A DNA stretch of 64,000 nucleotides from Candidatus Polarisedimenticolia bacterium (GCA_050747525.1 JBOGOC010000080.1:18294-82293), one strand, 5' to 3'; shown: positions 9,794 to 19,565, counted from the first letter of the stretch. The notes: a model not told the origin generated them from the sequence alone. Translations and numbers: made by a program.

Positions 9794-11848
9794 ATGGCAT
9801 TTACGACCATCGTCGACTCCGCCATCGCCCGTGTGCTGTCGGAGATCGCGGAGACCGCCTCCGAGACGCTGGAACTGCAGGAGGTGTTCGACCGGGTGGC
9901 CAATTCCATCCGCGGCCTGATCCCGGCGGACAACATGGGAGTGGTGCGCATCGTGGACGGCAAGTTCGCCATCCTGCACGCCACGACCATCCCGTGCGGC
10001 GAGGCGCGGTGCACCGACCCGGCGCCGCTGACCTGGTGGTCCCCGCGGCTGCGCCCGCGCCCCGAGCCGATCCCGCGCCTGGAAGACGCCCACGCGGAGC
10101 TGGACCCGGCCTTCACCATCGACGCCGAGATCCTGAGCGCCGGGGTCCGCTCGGCTCTCTGGGAGCCGTTTCAGGCCAACGGCCTCTTCACCGGCGGCGT
10201 ATGGATGAGCTCCTACACGCCCCGTGCCTTCACCGACGAGCACCAGCGGGTGCTCAAGCCTATCGCCGCCTTGCTGGGCTCCGCCGTGGAGCACTGGCGC
10301 ATCTGGGATGCCGAGAGGCGGCGGCGCGAGCGGCTGGAGCAGCTGGAGTCGATCCTGGGCGCGATGGCCGAGTCGCTCGACGTGCGCGACGTGTTCGCGC
10401 GGATCTCCGAGGCCGTGCGATCCATCCTGCCGCACGACCTGCTGGTGCTGACGAGACGCAACGAGCGCGAGGGCACCGTCAGCCTGGTGGCTTTGGCGGG
10501 GACGCCTGACGTGCCGGTCCCCACGGGCCCCGTGCCGCTCACCCCCCACGAGACGGCACAGCGGCAGCTCGACTTCGAGATCCGCCGCAACATCCCCGAG
10601 GACGGCGAGCCGGACAGCCCCAAGGAACAGATCGTGAAGTCGCTCGGCATGCGCTCGTCCTTGAGGGTCACCGTGCACACCGAAGCGGGGCAGGGGGACC
10701 TGTTCTTCGTGCACCGCGAGGCCGACCGCTTCACCGAGCAGGACGTGGAAGTCGCGCGGCGCCTGGCTGACCGCATCGCGCTCGGCCTTTCACACCAGCG
10801 TCTGGCCGAAGAAGCGGGCGTGGCCGCCCGCGAGCGCGAGCGGGCCGAGCGGCTGGAGGCCACGGTGGAGACCCTCACGCGCGAGCTGGAGGCGCGGCAT
10901 CAGGGGCGCATCATCGGCGTGTCGCGTCCCTGGAAGGAAGTTCTGGCGCACGCGGGGCGCGTGGCCTCGTCGGACACCACCGTGCTCATCACGGGCGAGT
11001 CGGGGACCGGCAAGGAGCTGATCGCGCGCCTGGTGCACCACGGCTCCCCGCGCACCGACCGGCCGTTCGTGGCGATCAACTGCGCGGCGCTCCCCGAGCA
11101 GCTGCTGGAATCGGAGCTGTTCGGCTACGAGAAGGGGGCCTTCACGGGGGCCGCGGCTCCGCGGGTGGGGCGCATCGAGCAGGCGGCCGGAGGGACCCTC
11201 TTCCTGGACGAGATCGGCGAGATGAGCCCGCTGGTGCAGGCCAAGATGCTGCGCGTGCTTCAGGAGCGCGAGTTCCAGCGCCTGGGAGGGTCACGCACGC
11301 TGAAGGCAGACGTGCGGGTCATCGCGGCCACCAACCGCGATCTGCAGGCGGCCATCGTGCGCGGACAGTTCCGTGACGACCTGTTCTACCGCTTGAACGT
11401 CTTCGCCATCCATCTGCCGCCGCTCCGTGAGCGCACCGACGACATCCTGCCGCTGGCCGAGTCGTTCCTGGACGAGCTGGGGGCGATCATGGGCCGCCCC
11501 TCCGCCGGGATCTCCCGCGACGCGCGCGAGTGGCTGATGATGTATCCCTGGCCAGGCAACGCGCGTGAGCTGCGCAACGCCATCGAGCGCGCCATCCTGC
11601 TGTGCGACGGCGGCCTGATCACCCGCGAGCACCTTCCCGCCATCGTGGCGCCCGATGCCGCGGGCAACGGGAGCCCGGAGGGTCCGGCCGCTCTGCCCGC
11701 CGGCGGCGTGAACCTCGAGGAGGTCGATCGCGCCTACGTCGAGAAGGCGCTGCAACAGGCGCGCGGCAACAAGTCCAAGGCGGCCCGCCTGCTGGGGATC
11801 ACACGCGCCCAGCTCTACTCGCGCATCGAGAAGTACGGGATCACCTGA
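9794..11848 (+). CDS. sigma-54-dependent transcriptional activator (two GAF-like domains + AAA+ + Fis-type HTH)
   Basis: [18 protein letters not shown] (Walker A), the GAFTGA loop (EKGAFTGAA), [10 protein letters not shown], and the C-terminal [28 protein letters not shown]. About 370 aa of N-terminal sensory region precede these. Confidence 0.95.
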   Translation: MAFTTIVDSAIARVLSEIAETASETLELQEVFDRVANSIRGLIPADNMGVVRIVDGKFAILHATTIPCGEARCTDPAPLTWWSPRLRPRPEPIPRLEDAHAELDPAFTIDAEILSAGVRSALWEPFQANGLFTGGVWMSSYTPRAFTDEHQRVLKPIAALLGSAVEHWRIWDAERRRRERLEQLESILGAMAESLDVRDVFARISEAVRSILPHDLLVLTRRNEREGTVSLVALAGTPDVPVPTGPVPLTPHETAQRQLDFEIRRNIPEDGEPDSPKEQIVKSLGMRSSLRVTVHTEAGQGDLFFVHREADRFTEQDVEVARRLADRIALGLSHQRLAEEAGVAARERERAERLEATVETLTRELEARHQGRIIGVSRPWKEVLAHAGRVASSDTTVLITGESGTGKELIARLVHHGSPRTDRPFVAINCAALPEQLLESELFGYEKGAFTGAAAPRVGRIEQAAGGTLFLDEIGEMSPLVQAKMLRVLQEREFQRLGGSRTLKADVRVIAATNRDLQAAIVRGQFRDDLFYRLNVFAIHLPPLRERTDDILPLAESFLDELGAIMGRPSAGISRDAREWLMMYPWPGNARELRNAIERAILLCDGGLITREHLPAIVAPDAAGNGSPEGPAALPAGGVNLEEVDRAYVEKALQQARGNKSKAARLLGITRAQLYSRIEKYGIT

Positions 11849-11946
11849 TCCTGGTCAGCCCGCCCTCCTGCTGCCTGCCAGTCAGCAAACTGTAGAAATC
11901 CCGACAACAGCCAGGCCCCTCACCCCGTGTTCCCGCCCGTGCTCCC

Positions 11947-11964
11947 CTGGCACGAGGCTTGATA
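11947..11964 (+). promoter_or_regulatory. candidate sigma-54 (-24/-12) promoter
   Basis: CTGGCACGAGGCTTGATA compared with the consensus YTGGCACG-N4-TTGCW: GG at 11949-11950, correct spacing, and a single mismatch (TTGA for TTGC). The predicted TSS is about 11974, followed by the SD GAAGGAG (11976-11982) and the ATG at 11991. Confidence 0.6.
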
Positions 11965-11990
11965 TGCACATGGGTGAAGGAGATCCAGCA

Positions 11991-12227
11991 ATGAGCCAAC
12001 GTCATGTCGAGCGTGTGATCGGAAGGCTTGCCACCGACGAGTCGTTCCGGCTGATGTTCCTGGAGGATCCGGCGGCGGCCCTGCGCAAGCTGGCGGCCGA
12101 TGGAGTGGAGCTCAACGAGTGCGAGCGGCGCGCGGTGCTGGCGATCGATCGCACCACGCTGGTCGGCTTCGCCGAGGCGCTCGATCCCCGCATCCAGAAG
12201 ACCGATCTGAAGAGATTCATGCCATGA
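11991..12227 (+). CDS. small cytoplasmic hypothetical protein (78 aa), first gene of the efflux operon
   Basis: MSQRHVERVIGRLATDESFRLMFLEDPAAALRKLAADGVELNECERRAVLAIDRTTLVGFAEALDPRIQKTDLKRFMP. A strong SD lies 8 nt upstream. The stop overlaps the TolC-like start (ATGA at 12224-12227). The track start at 11964 lies inside the predicted promoter. Confidence 0.65.
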   Translation: MSQRHVERVIGRLATDESFRLMFLEDPAAALRKLAADGVELNECERRAVLAIDRTTLVGFAEALDPRIQKTDLKRFMP

Positions 12228-13804
12228 GGGCGCTCCGCGTGTGGCCGATACTGGCCCTGGTGCTGTGCCCGCCACTGCCCGGCGCGGCGCGCGCCGCGGA
12301 GCGCCCTCTCACCCTTGCCGAGGCGATCGAGCTGGCCCTGCGCCACAACGACGACATCATCGTGCAGCGTCAGGGGGTGGAGGCCGCCGACGCCGGCATC
12401 ATCGCCGCCAAGGGCGCGTACGACCCGGTGCTCAACGCCGCGGGCGGATGGCATCGGTCGTCGCCTCCCGTCAACTCGGCGTTCTCGGGAGCGCCCGTAG
12501 GATCGCTGTCGCCCACCACCGAGGGGCTGGATGCGTCCGCATCGGTGAGCCAGCTGCTGCCGACCGGAGGCCAGGTGCTGGCGCGCACCTCAGCCTTCCG
12601 TGATACGACCAACAACGACTTCACGTTGCTGACTCCGGCCTACTCGACCCAGGTCGGCGTCCAGGTGCGTCAGCCCCTGCTGCGCAATCGGGCCATGGAC
12701 GAGGCGCGGCTGGAGCTTCGCGTCAGCGCCGCGGAGAGCGGCGTCGCCGGCGCCACGCTGCGACAGGCGGTCAGCGACGCCCTCGCGCAGGTCGAGGAGA
12801 CCTACTGGCGGCTGGCGGCCGCCCGCCGCGCCGTGACCGTGCAGGAAGAGGCGGTGCGCCTCGCCGAGGAGCAGCTGGAGCAGACGCGCGTGCGCATCGA
12901 GATGGGGGTCGCCCCCGACACGGAGATATCGCAGCCCCGCGCCGAGCTGGAGCGGCGCCGCGGGGACCTTCTGGCCACCCGCGAGGCGGCGTCCCGGGTT
13001 CAGAACGCGCTCAAGCTGCTCATCCTCGACGATCCGGGAGAGGATCCCGGCCAGGCCGGCGGCTCCTTCTGGTCGGACGACCTTGTCCCGGCTGATCCGC
13101 CGGACGTCACGGTGCAGGTCGTGGACATCGCAGAGTCCCTGCGCCAGGCGCTGGAGCTGCGCCCCGAGGTGGCGGCGGCGAAGGCGACGGTGCAGATGCG
13201 CCAGGCCGAATCGGAGTTCGCGCGCGACGGCGTGAAGCCGGCGCTCGACGCCGTGCTCTCCTACGACCGGTTCGGGCTGGCGGGTGACGTGAACGAGGGA
13301 GCCATCCCTGTTCCCGGAATCAATGATCCGTCGGGAGACCTGGAAGGAGGATGGGGCCGGTCGTACGCCTTCATCGGCGACGGCGACTTCGAGGACGCCC
13401 GCGCCCAGGTGGTGTTCGGCCTCCCCCTGGGTAACCGCACGGCCAAGGCCACCGCGGTCCAGGCGGTCAGCGCCCAGCGTCAGGCCGAGGCCGAGCTCGC
13501 CCGCACGCGCAAGAACGTGCGGGCCGACGTCCTGGACTCCGCGTCCTCGCTGCAGACCGCGGGCCAGCGCATCGAGGCGGCCCGCGCGGCGCGGCAGGCG
13601 GCCGAGGTGCAGCTGTCCGCCGAGCAGGATCGCTACGACAACGGCCTGTCGACCAACTTCCTGGTGCTCACGCGCCAGAACGACCTGTCGAGCGCGCGGC
13701 TCGACGAGATCAACGCGGTGACCGACTACCTGCGGGCGCGCGCGGAGCTGGCGCGCGCGACGGGAACCCTTCTCGAGGCACGGCACATTCAGGTGGAGGA
13801 CTGA
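12224..13804 (+). CDS. TolC-family outer-membrane efflux protein
   Basis: Internal ATG gives MRALRVWPILALVLCPPLPGAARAAERPLTLAEAIELALRHNDDIIVQRQGVEAA, the typical OEP N-terminus. The two OEP repeats follow, ending in YLRARAELARATG. Confidence 0.9.
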   Translation: MRALRVWPILALVLCPPLPGAARAAERPLTLAEAIELALRHNDDIIVQRQGVEAADAGIIAAKGAYDPVLNAAGGWHRSSPPVNSAFSGAPVGSLSPTTEGLDASASVSQLLPTGGQVLARTSAFRDTTNNDFTLLTPAYSTQVGVQVRQPLLRNRAMDEARLELRVSAAESGVAGATLRQAVSDALAQVEETYWRLAAARRAVTVQEEAVRLAEEQLEQTRVRIEMGVAPDTEISQPRAELERRRGDLLATREAASRVQNALKLLILDDPGEDPGQAGGSFWSDDLVPADPPDVTVQVVDIAESLRQALELRPEVAAAKATVQMRQAESEFARDGVKPALDAVLSYDRFGLAGDVNEGAIPVPGINDPSGDLEGGWGRSYAFIGDGDFEDARAQVVFGLPLGNRTAKATAVQAVSAQRQAEAELARTRKNVRADVLDSASSLQTAGQRIEAARAARQAAEVQLSAEQDRYDNGLSTNFLVLTRQNDLSSARLDEINAVTDYLRARAELARATGTLLEARHIQVED

Positions 13805-13806
13805 AC

Positions 13807-14937
13807 ATGGCAAGGCGGATGATCATCATGCTCGTGACCGTGGCGGCGGTCCTGTCCGGCCTGGCCGCGGTGAAGTACTTCCAGGTGCAGGCCGCCATCG
13901 CGCAGGCCGCGTCCTTCCAGCCGCCGCCCGAGGCGGTCACGACGGCCGTGGTGCGCGAGCAGGGGTGGCCCGCTTCGCTCGCCGCCATCGGCACCGTCAC
14001 GCCCGTTCAGGGAGTGACGGTGAGCGCCGACACCCCCGGGATCGTCTCGCGCATCGCGTTCGAGTCGGGCCGGGCGGTGAAGAAGGGGGAGATCCTGGTC
14101 GAGCTGGACACACGCCAGGAGCGCGCGCAGCTCGCCTCGGCGCAGGCGCGCCGCGATCTGGCGGCGTCCAACCTGGTGCGTATGGAGGGGCTCATCAAGA
14201 AAGGGGTCACCTCCCACGCCGAGTTCGACTCGGTGCGCGCCGAGGACCGCCAGGCCGAGGCCAGCGTCCATGAGATCCGCGCCACCATCGAGCGCAAGAC
14301 CATCCAGGCCCCCTTCTCGGGGGTGCTGGGGATCCGCCAGGTGAACGTGGGGCAGTACCTGGAGAGCGGCGCGCCCATCGTGCCGCTGCAGTCGGTGGAT
14401 CCGATCCACGTGAACTTCTCCGTCCCTCAGCAGGATGCCGGGCGCCTGAGCGCCGGCATGACGGTGCGGATCTCGTTCGAGCAGATGCCTGGCGGGACTC
14501 CGCTGGATGGGAAGGTCACCGCCGTGAACACGGTGGTGGACGAAGCCACCCGCAACATCCAGGTGCAGGCCACGCTGGGCAACAAGGAAGGACTGCTGCG
14601 ACCCGGGATGTTCGTGCAGGTCGAAGCCGTGCTGAGCCAGACAGACCCGGTCCTCGCCCTGCCGGCCACCGCCATCAGCTACGCGCCGTACGGCGACTCG
14701 GTGTTCGTGGTGGAAGAGCTGACCGCCCCGGACGGCTCGACGTACCGTGGCGTGCAGCAGCGCTTCGTGAAGGTGGGGCCCGCTCGCGGGGACCTTGTGG
14801 CCATCGTCTCGGGGCTCGAGGCGGGGCAGGAGGTGGTGACCTCGGGGGTCTTCAAGCTGCGCAGCGGCGTGGCCGTGCAGGTGAACAACGACGTGGAGCC
14901 GGGCCAGGACCCGACCCCCAGGCCGCAGGACAGCTGA
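13807..14937 (+). CDS. efflux RND periplasmic adaptor (MFP/HlyD family)
   Basis: N-terminal TM segment, then GTVTPVQGVTVSADTPGIVSRIAFESGRAVKKGEILVELD (lipoyl-like), then IQAPFSGVLGIRQVNVGQYL. It starts 2 nt after the TolC-like stop. Confidence 0.95.
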   Translation: MARRMIIMLVTVAAVLSGLAAVKYFQVQAAIAQAASFQPPPEAVTTAVVREQGWPASLAAIGTVTPVQGVTVSADTPGIVSRIAFESGRAVKKGEILVELDTRQERAQLASAQARRDLAASNLVRMEGLIKKGVTSHAEFDSVRAEDRQAEASVHEIRATIERKTIQAPFSGVLGIRQVNVGQYLESGAPIVPLQSVDPIHVNFSVPQQDAGRLSAGMTVRISFEQMPGGTPLDGKVTAVNTVVDEATRNIQVQATLGNKEGLLRPGMFVQVEAVLSQTDPVLALPATAISYAPYGDSVFVVEELTAPDGSTYRGVQQRFVKVGPARGDLVAIVSGLEAGQEVVTSGVFKLRSGVAVQVNNDVEPGQDPTPRPQDS

Positions 14938-14938
14938 C

Positions 14939-17900
14939 ATGAAAATCACCGATCTGTTCATCCGCCGGCCGGTGCTGGCGATGGTCGTGAACCTGGTGAT
15001 CATCATCGCCGGGCTGCAGGCCATCGGCTCGCTCAGCGTCCGCCAGTACCCGCGCAGCGACATCGCCATCATCCGCGTGAGCACCGCCTACGTCGGGGCC
15101 AACGCCGACCTGGTGCGCGGCTTCGTGACCACGCCGCTGGAGCGCGTCATCGCCAGCGCCGACGGCATCGACTACATCGAGTCGGCCAGCGCGCAGGGGC
15201 TGAGCACCATCACCATCCACCTCAAGCTCAACTACGACACCAACGCGGCGCTCACCCAGATCCAGGCCAAGGTGGCCCAGGTGCGCAACGACCTGCCCCC
15301 CGAGGCCGAGGCTCCGGAGATCGAGATGGAAACGGCGGACAACCAGTTCGCCTCCATGTACATCGGCTTCGCCAGCGACGAGCTGGACCAGAACCAGATC
15401 AGCGACTACATGACCCGCGTCGTGCAGCCGCGCCTGAGCGCGGTCAGCGGCGTGCAGCGCGCCGACATCCTGGGGGACCGCACCTTCGCCATGCGCATCT
15501 GGCTCAAGCCGGACCGGATGGCGGCGCTGGGGATCTCCCCCTCGACGGTGAGCGACGCCCTGGCCCACAACAACTACCTGGCGGCCCTGGGGAAGACCAA
15601 GGGGTCGATGGTCTCGGTGAACCTGGTGGCCAACACCGACCTGCGCACGCCGCAGGAGTTCCGCGACCTGGTGGTCAAGCAGGACCAGGGGGTCATCGTG
15701 CGCCTGGGCGAGATCGCCGACGTCGTGCTGGGGGCGGAGAACTACGAGGAGGACGTCCGCTTCAACGGCCAGACCGCCATCTTCATGGGGATCTGGGTGC
15801 TTCCCACCGCCAACACACTGGACGTGATCGGGCAGGTGCGCAAGGCGATGCCGGGTATTCAAGCCCAGCTTCCGGCGGGCATGTCGGGCAGGATCGTCTA
15901 TGACTCCACGACCTACATCCAGAACGCCCTGCGCGAGGTGCTCATAACGCTGGGCGAGACGCTGCTGATCGTCATGGTGGTCATCTTCCTGTTCCTCGGG
16001 TCGTTCCGGTCGGTGCTGATCCCGGTGGTGGCCATCCCCATCTCGCTCATCGGGGCGGTCTTCCTGATGCTGGCGGCCGGCTTCACCATCAACCTGCTCA
16101 CGCTGCTGGCCATCGTGCTGTCGGTGGGGCTGGTGGTGGACGACGCCATCGTGGTGGTGGAGAACGTCCAGCGCCACATCCAGAAGGGAGAGGCTCCCAT
16201 GCGCGCCGCGGTGATGGCCGCGCGCGAGCTGGTGGGCCCCATCATCGCCATGACCATCACCCTGGCGGCCGTGTACGCGCCCATCGGCATCCAGGGAGGG
16301 CTCACCGGGTCGCTGTTCCGCGAGTTCGCGTTCACGCTGGCGGGAGCGGTGATCATCTCGGGCGTGGTGGCCCTGACCCTGTCGCCCATGATGGGCTCGC
16401 GCCTGCTGAAGTCCGGAGAGACCGAGCGGGGCTTCGCCGGACTGGTGAGCCGCAGCTTCGAGGCGGTGCGCCGCCTGTACACCCGCATGCTGGCGGCCAC
16501 GCTGGCGTCGCGCCCGGTGGTGCTGGCCCTGTGGCTGATCGTGGCGCTGCTGATCGTGCCGTTCTTCCTCTTCTCGCAGCAGGAGCTGGCCCCCAACGAG
16601 GATCAGGGGGTCGTGTTCGGCGTGGTGCAGGCCTCGGCCAACTCCACGCTCGATCAGACGCAGCTCTACACGAAGGTGGTGAACGAAGGCTTCGAGTCGT
16701 TCCCCGAGACCGACAGCACCTTCCAGATCACCTCGCCCACCGGAGGCTTCAGCGGCATGGTGCTGAAGCCGTGGAGCGAGAGGGAGAAGACGGCGGAGAT
16801 GCTGCAGCTGGAAGCCGGGACCGTGATGTCGAAGATACCCGGCGTGCGGGTCATCCCCCTGGTCCCCCCGGCGCTGCCGGGCGGCGGCAACTTCCCCGTC
16901 GACCTGGTGATAGCCTCCACCGCCGAGCCCGAGCAGCTCTACGAGCTGGCCGGGACGCTGGTGCAGAAGGCGTTCGCCAGCGGGCTGTTCATATTCGCCG
17001 ACGCCGATCTCAAGTACGACCAGCCGCAGGCCGAGGTGGTGTTCGATCGGGACAAGCTTCGCTCGCAGGGCGTGGACCTGAGCCAGGCGGGGAGGGACCT
17101 GTCCGTCATGCTGGGCGGAGACTACGTGAACCGCTTCAGCATCCAGGGACGCAGCTACAAGGTCATCCCGCAGGTCCAGCGGGCCGGTCGGCTCACCCCC
17201 GATCAGCTCGAGGACATCTACGTGACCGGGCGCGACGGGAAGCTGGTGCCGCTGTCCACCTTCGCCACGCTGAGCACCAGCACCGAGCCGCGCCAGCTGC
17301 TGCGCTTCCAGCAGCTCAACGCCGTGCGCATCCAGGGGGTCATTCCGCCCAACGTCTCGCTCGACCAGGCGCTGAGCTTTCTGGAGGACCAGGCGGCCGC
17401 CATCCTGCCGCAGGGATTCACCATCGATCATGCGGGCGAGTCACGCCAGCTGCGCACCGAATCGGGCCGCTTCCTGGCGACGTTCCTGCTGTCGGGGATC
17501 CTGATCTACCTGGTGCTCGCGGCGCAGTTCGAGAGCTTCCGTGACCCGTTCATCATCCTGGCCGGGTCGGTGCCGCTGGCCCTGTCGGGGGCGCTGCTCT
17601 TCTCGTTCCTGGGCTTCACCACGCTGAACATCTACAGCCAGGTGGGCCTGGTGACCCTGGTGGGGCTGATCTCCAAGAACGGCATCCTGATCGTGGAGTT
17701 CGCCAACCACCTGCAGGAGCAGGGCCGCGACAAGCTGCAGGCCGTCATCGAGGCGGCCTCCACCCGACTGCGTCCCGTGCTCATGACCACCGCGGCCACC
17801 GTGATGGGGCACATGCCCCTGGTGTTCGCGCACGGCCCTGGAGCGGGCGCCCGCAACAGCATCGGCATGGTGCTGGTGACCGGCATGATCATCGGCACGG

Positions 17901-18025
17901 CGTTCACGCTGTTCGTGGTGCCGGCGATCTACACGGTGGTGGCGCGCCGGAGGGTGGCGGGGGCCACCGAGGCCGACCGGGCGGTGGCCGGCCCATCGAC
18001 CGAGCAGAGCGCGGCGATGGCCTGA
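14939..18025 (+). CDS. RND efflux permease (AcrB/HAE1-like)
   Basis: 1028 aa. MKITDLFIRRPVLAMVVNLVIIIAG..., 12-TM architecture, and VGLVVDDAIVVVENV. It starts 1 nt after the MFP stop. Confidence 0.97.
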   Translation: MKITDLFIRRPVLAMVVNLVIIIAGLQAIGSLSVRQYPRSDIAIIRVSTAYVGANADLVRGFVTTPLERVIASADGIDYIESASAQGLSTITIHLKLNYDTNAALTQIQAKVAQVRNDLPPEAEAPEIEMETADNQFASMYIGFASDELDQNQISDYMTRVVQPRLSAVSGVQRADILGDRTFAMRIWLKPDRMAALGISPSTVSDALAHNNYLAALGKTKGSMVSVNLVANTDLRTPQEFRDLVVKQDQGVIVRLGEIADVVLGAENYEEDVRFNGQTAIFMGIWVLPTANTLDVIGQVRKAMPGIQAQLPAGMSGRIVYDSTTYIQNALREVLITLGETLLIVMVVIFLFLGSFRSVLIPVVAIPISLIGAVFLMLAAGFTINLLTLLAIVLSVGLVVDDAIVVVENVQRHIQKGEAPMRAAVMAARELVGPIIAMTITLAAVYAPIGIQGGLTGSLFREFAFTLAGAVIISGVVALTLSPMMGSRLLKSGETERGFAGLVSRSFEAVRRLYTRMLAATLASRPVVLALWLIVALLIVPFFLFSQQELAPNEDQGVVFGVVQASANSTLDQTQLYTKVVNEGFESFPETDSTFQITSPTGGFSGMVLKPWSEREKTAEMLQLEAGTVMSKIPGVRVIPLVPPALPGGGNFPVDLVIASTAEPEQLYELAGTLVQKAFASGLFIFADADLKYDQPQAEVVFDRDKLRSQGVDLSQAGRDLSVMLGGDYVNRFSIQGRSYKVIPQVQRAGRLTPDQLEDIYVTGRDGKLVPLSTFATLSTSTEPRQLLRFQQLNAVRIQGVIPPNVSLDQALSFLEDQAAAILPQGFTIDHAGESRQLRTESGRFLATFLLSGILIYLVLAAQFESFRDPFIILAGSVPLALSGALLFSFLGFTTLNIYSQVGLVTLVGLISKNGILIVEFANHLQEQGRDKLQAVIEAASTRLRPVLMTTAATVMGHMPLVFAHGPGAGARNSIGMVLVTGMIIGTAFTLFVVPAIYTVVARRRVAGATEADRAVAGPSTEQSAAMA

Positions 18026-18040
18026 GGCGATTCTTCCAGG

Positions 18041-18058
18041 AACCGGCGCCCGGTTTTT
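18041..18058 (+). terminator. weak intrinsic terminator after the RND gene
   Basis: AACCGG-CGC-CCGGTT stem-loop followed by a T run (ccggttttt), 16 nt after the stop at 18025. The stem is short. Confidence 0.35.
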
Positions 18059-18124
18059 CCCAATAGATACAGTAATGGACCGACCGATCGGAAGCGTCCC
18101 GCCGCACGCTTCCGGGGGGGAGGG

Positions 18125-18670
18125 ATGCCGGAGCGGGGGTGGAGGAGCGAGGCGGAGGCCTTTCTGGAGGGGGATCCGCGGACGGTCTCTGCCGTGCGGA
18201 GCGTCGTAGAGGCCGTAGTGGCAGGGTTCTCCTTCACCAGCCACGAGCGGGCGGATATCGTGCAGGAGGCGCTCGGCAGGCTGGTCGACTCCATCCGGTC
18301 CGGACGCTACAGGGGCGAGGCGGCCCTCACGACCTTCGGCTACAGCGTGGCCCGCTTCACCTGCATCGAGCACGAACGCGACGCCAAGGCCCGCGCGGCG
18401 GGCGGCCTCGAGGCGGTCGTGTGCACCTCGGCCGGCCCCGAAGAGACCCTCCTCCGCGCGGAAGAGCACGACCGCAACCTGACCGCCCTGTCCAGGCTCC
18501 CTCCGCAGGCGCGGGAGCTGCTTCACCTGATATTCATCGAACGGCTATCCTATAAAGACGTCGGCCGGCGCCTCGGGCTATCGGAATCGGCCGTCAAGTC
18601 CCGCGTCCATCGGTGCCGGCTGATGCTGCGGGACCTGGCGAATCGGGGGGAAGCCTTCGAGCAAAGGTGA
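18125..18670 (+). CDS. ECF-type RNA polymerase sigma-70 family factor
   Basis: Region 2 (ADIVQEALGRLVDSI) and region 4 (LPPQARELLHLIFIERLSYKDVGRRLGLSESAVKSRVHRCRLML). Confidence 0.9.
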   Translation: MPERGWRSEAEAFLEGDPRTVSAVRSVVEAVVAGFSFTSHERADIVQEALGRLVDSIRSGRYRGEAALTTFGYSVARFTCIEHERDAKARAAGGLEAVVCTSAGPEETLLRAEEHDRNLTALSRLPPQARELLHLIFIERLSYKDVGRRLGLSESAVKSRVHRCRLMLRDLANRGEAFEQR

Positions 18671-18876
18671 CACGTCCGCCGCCGTGCCCTTTGATGAATG
18701 ATCCGGACCACTCCCGCCGCCTCCTCTGGTACGCGGCCGACAACCTCGGCCCCGAGGAAGCGCGCGAGCTGAAGGCCCACCTCGACGCCTGTCCGGACTG
18801 CCGCGCGCAGGTCCGATTCGCCCGATCGCTGGGAAAGAGCTTGAAACGCCCGCCCGGCAAGCCAGGAAAACCCTGA
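18667..18876 (+). CDS. short zf-HC2-type anti-sigma factor (no TM segment)
   Basis: The GTG at 18667 overlaps the sigma factor stop (GTGA). The protein contains EARELKAHLDACPDCRAQV, the H-x3-C-x2-C motif. An alternative ATG lies at 18694. Confidence 0.6.
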   Translation: MTRPPPCPLMNDPDHSRRLLWYAADNLGPEEARELKAHLDACPDCRAQVRFARSLGKSLKRPPGKPGKP

Positions 18877-18993
18877 CGCGAAGTCGCGCAACCATCTCCT
18901 TCCTCCCTCACTAACTCAGCAGACACAGGTCCCATTCGCGCGTGGCGTATTCGGAGGAGGCGCGGAGAGGGACCCCCTTGAGAAGGAGGAGTC

Positions 18994-19545
18994 ATGTCCG
19001 GAAGGATCGCACGGCTCGTGGTGATGGCGGCCGCCTGCGCACTGGTGGCCTCGATCCCGGCGCAGGCGGAGCCGGTGTGCAACGGGACGCTCGTGGTGGC
19101 CGCCGCGGAAACGATGGTGACCGGCTCGATCTGCAACGGGAGCTACACCACGACGCAGACATCCAACAACGTGCGCGAGTGCCTGCAGGAAGCGCTGTCG
19201 GGTGGCATCGCGAAGCTGAGCCACACGTGGCGATTCGACAATGTCCCCGCAGGGACCATCTCCCTGATCTACGAAGGGAACCGGCCCAACAACGCGGATG
19301 GGGACAACTTCAAGTTCTCGGGCCACTATTACACCGAAGAGGGGCCGTATTTCATCCTGATGCCGGGGGCCATCATCAACAGCCCGCTCGAGCTGCAGGG
19401 CGGATTCCAGCACTTCACGAACTGGGACTTGCCGTACCAGACCTCGTTCTACATCAACATCCGCGACACCGCGGGGGGGACCAACCTCGATACGGTGAAC
19501 ATCGACTACCTGGCGGTCTGCTCGGAGTCGGAGTTGCTCGAGTAG
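18994..19545 (+). CDS. secreted hypothetical protein (183 aa)
   Basis: Strong RBS (GAAGGAGGAGTC-ATG). Signal peptide MSGRIARLVVMAAACALVASIPAQA. Beta-rich mature part with 4 Cys. I recognise no family. Confidence 0.75.
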   Translation: MSGRIARLVVMAAACALVASIPAQAEPVCNGTLVVAAAETMVTGSICNGSYTTTQTSNNVRECLQEALSGGIAKLSHTWRFDNVPAGTISLIYEGNRPNNADGDNFKFSGHYYTEEGPYFILMPGAIINSPLELQGGFQHFTNWDLPYQTSFYINIRDTAGGTNLDTVNIDYLAVCSESELLE

Positions 19546-19565
19546 TCAGAGCCGGTAGGGATCAA

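Noticed and set aside
11964-11990. ATG at 11964 as the start of the small efflux-operon protein
   Set aside because: It lies within the predicted -12 element and upstream of the predicted TSS. The ATG at 11991 has a strong SD at optimal spacing.
14852-17431. 859-aa minus-strand ORF. ORF 12590-13813 (407 aa) was also noticed.
   Set aside because: They are antisense to the unambiguous RND permease and TolC-like genes. The sequences are low-complexity and Arg/His/Gly/Asp-rich.
18039-18066. ECF-type autoregulatory promoter (GGAAC -35) upstream of the ECF sigma gene
   Set aside because: A GGAAC is present at 18039-18043, but no CGTC-like -10 follows at 16-17 nt spacing (the sequence there is CAAT). 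The motif also overlaps the putative terminator hairpin.
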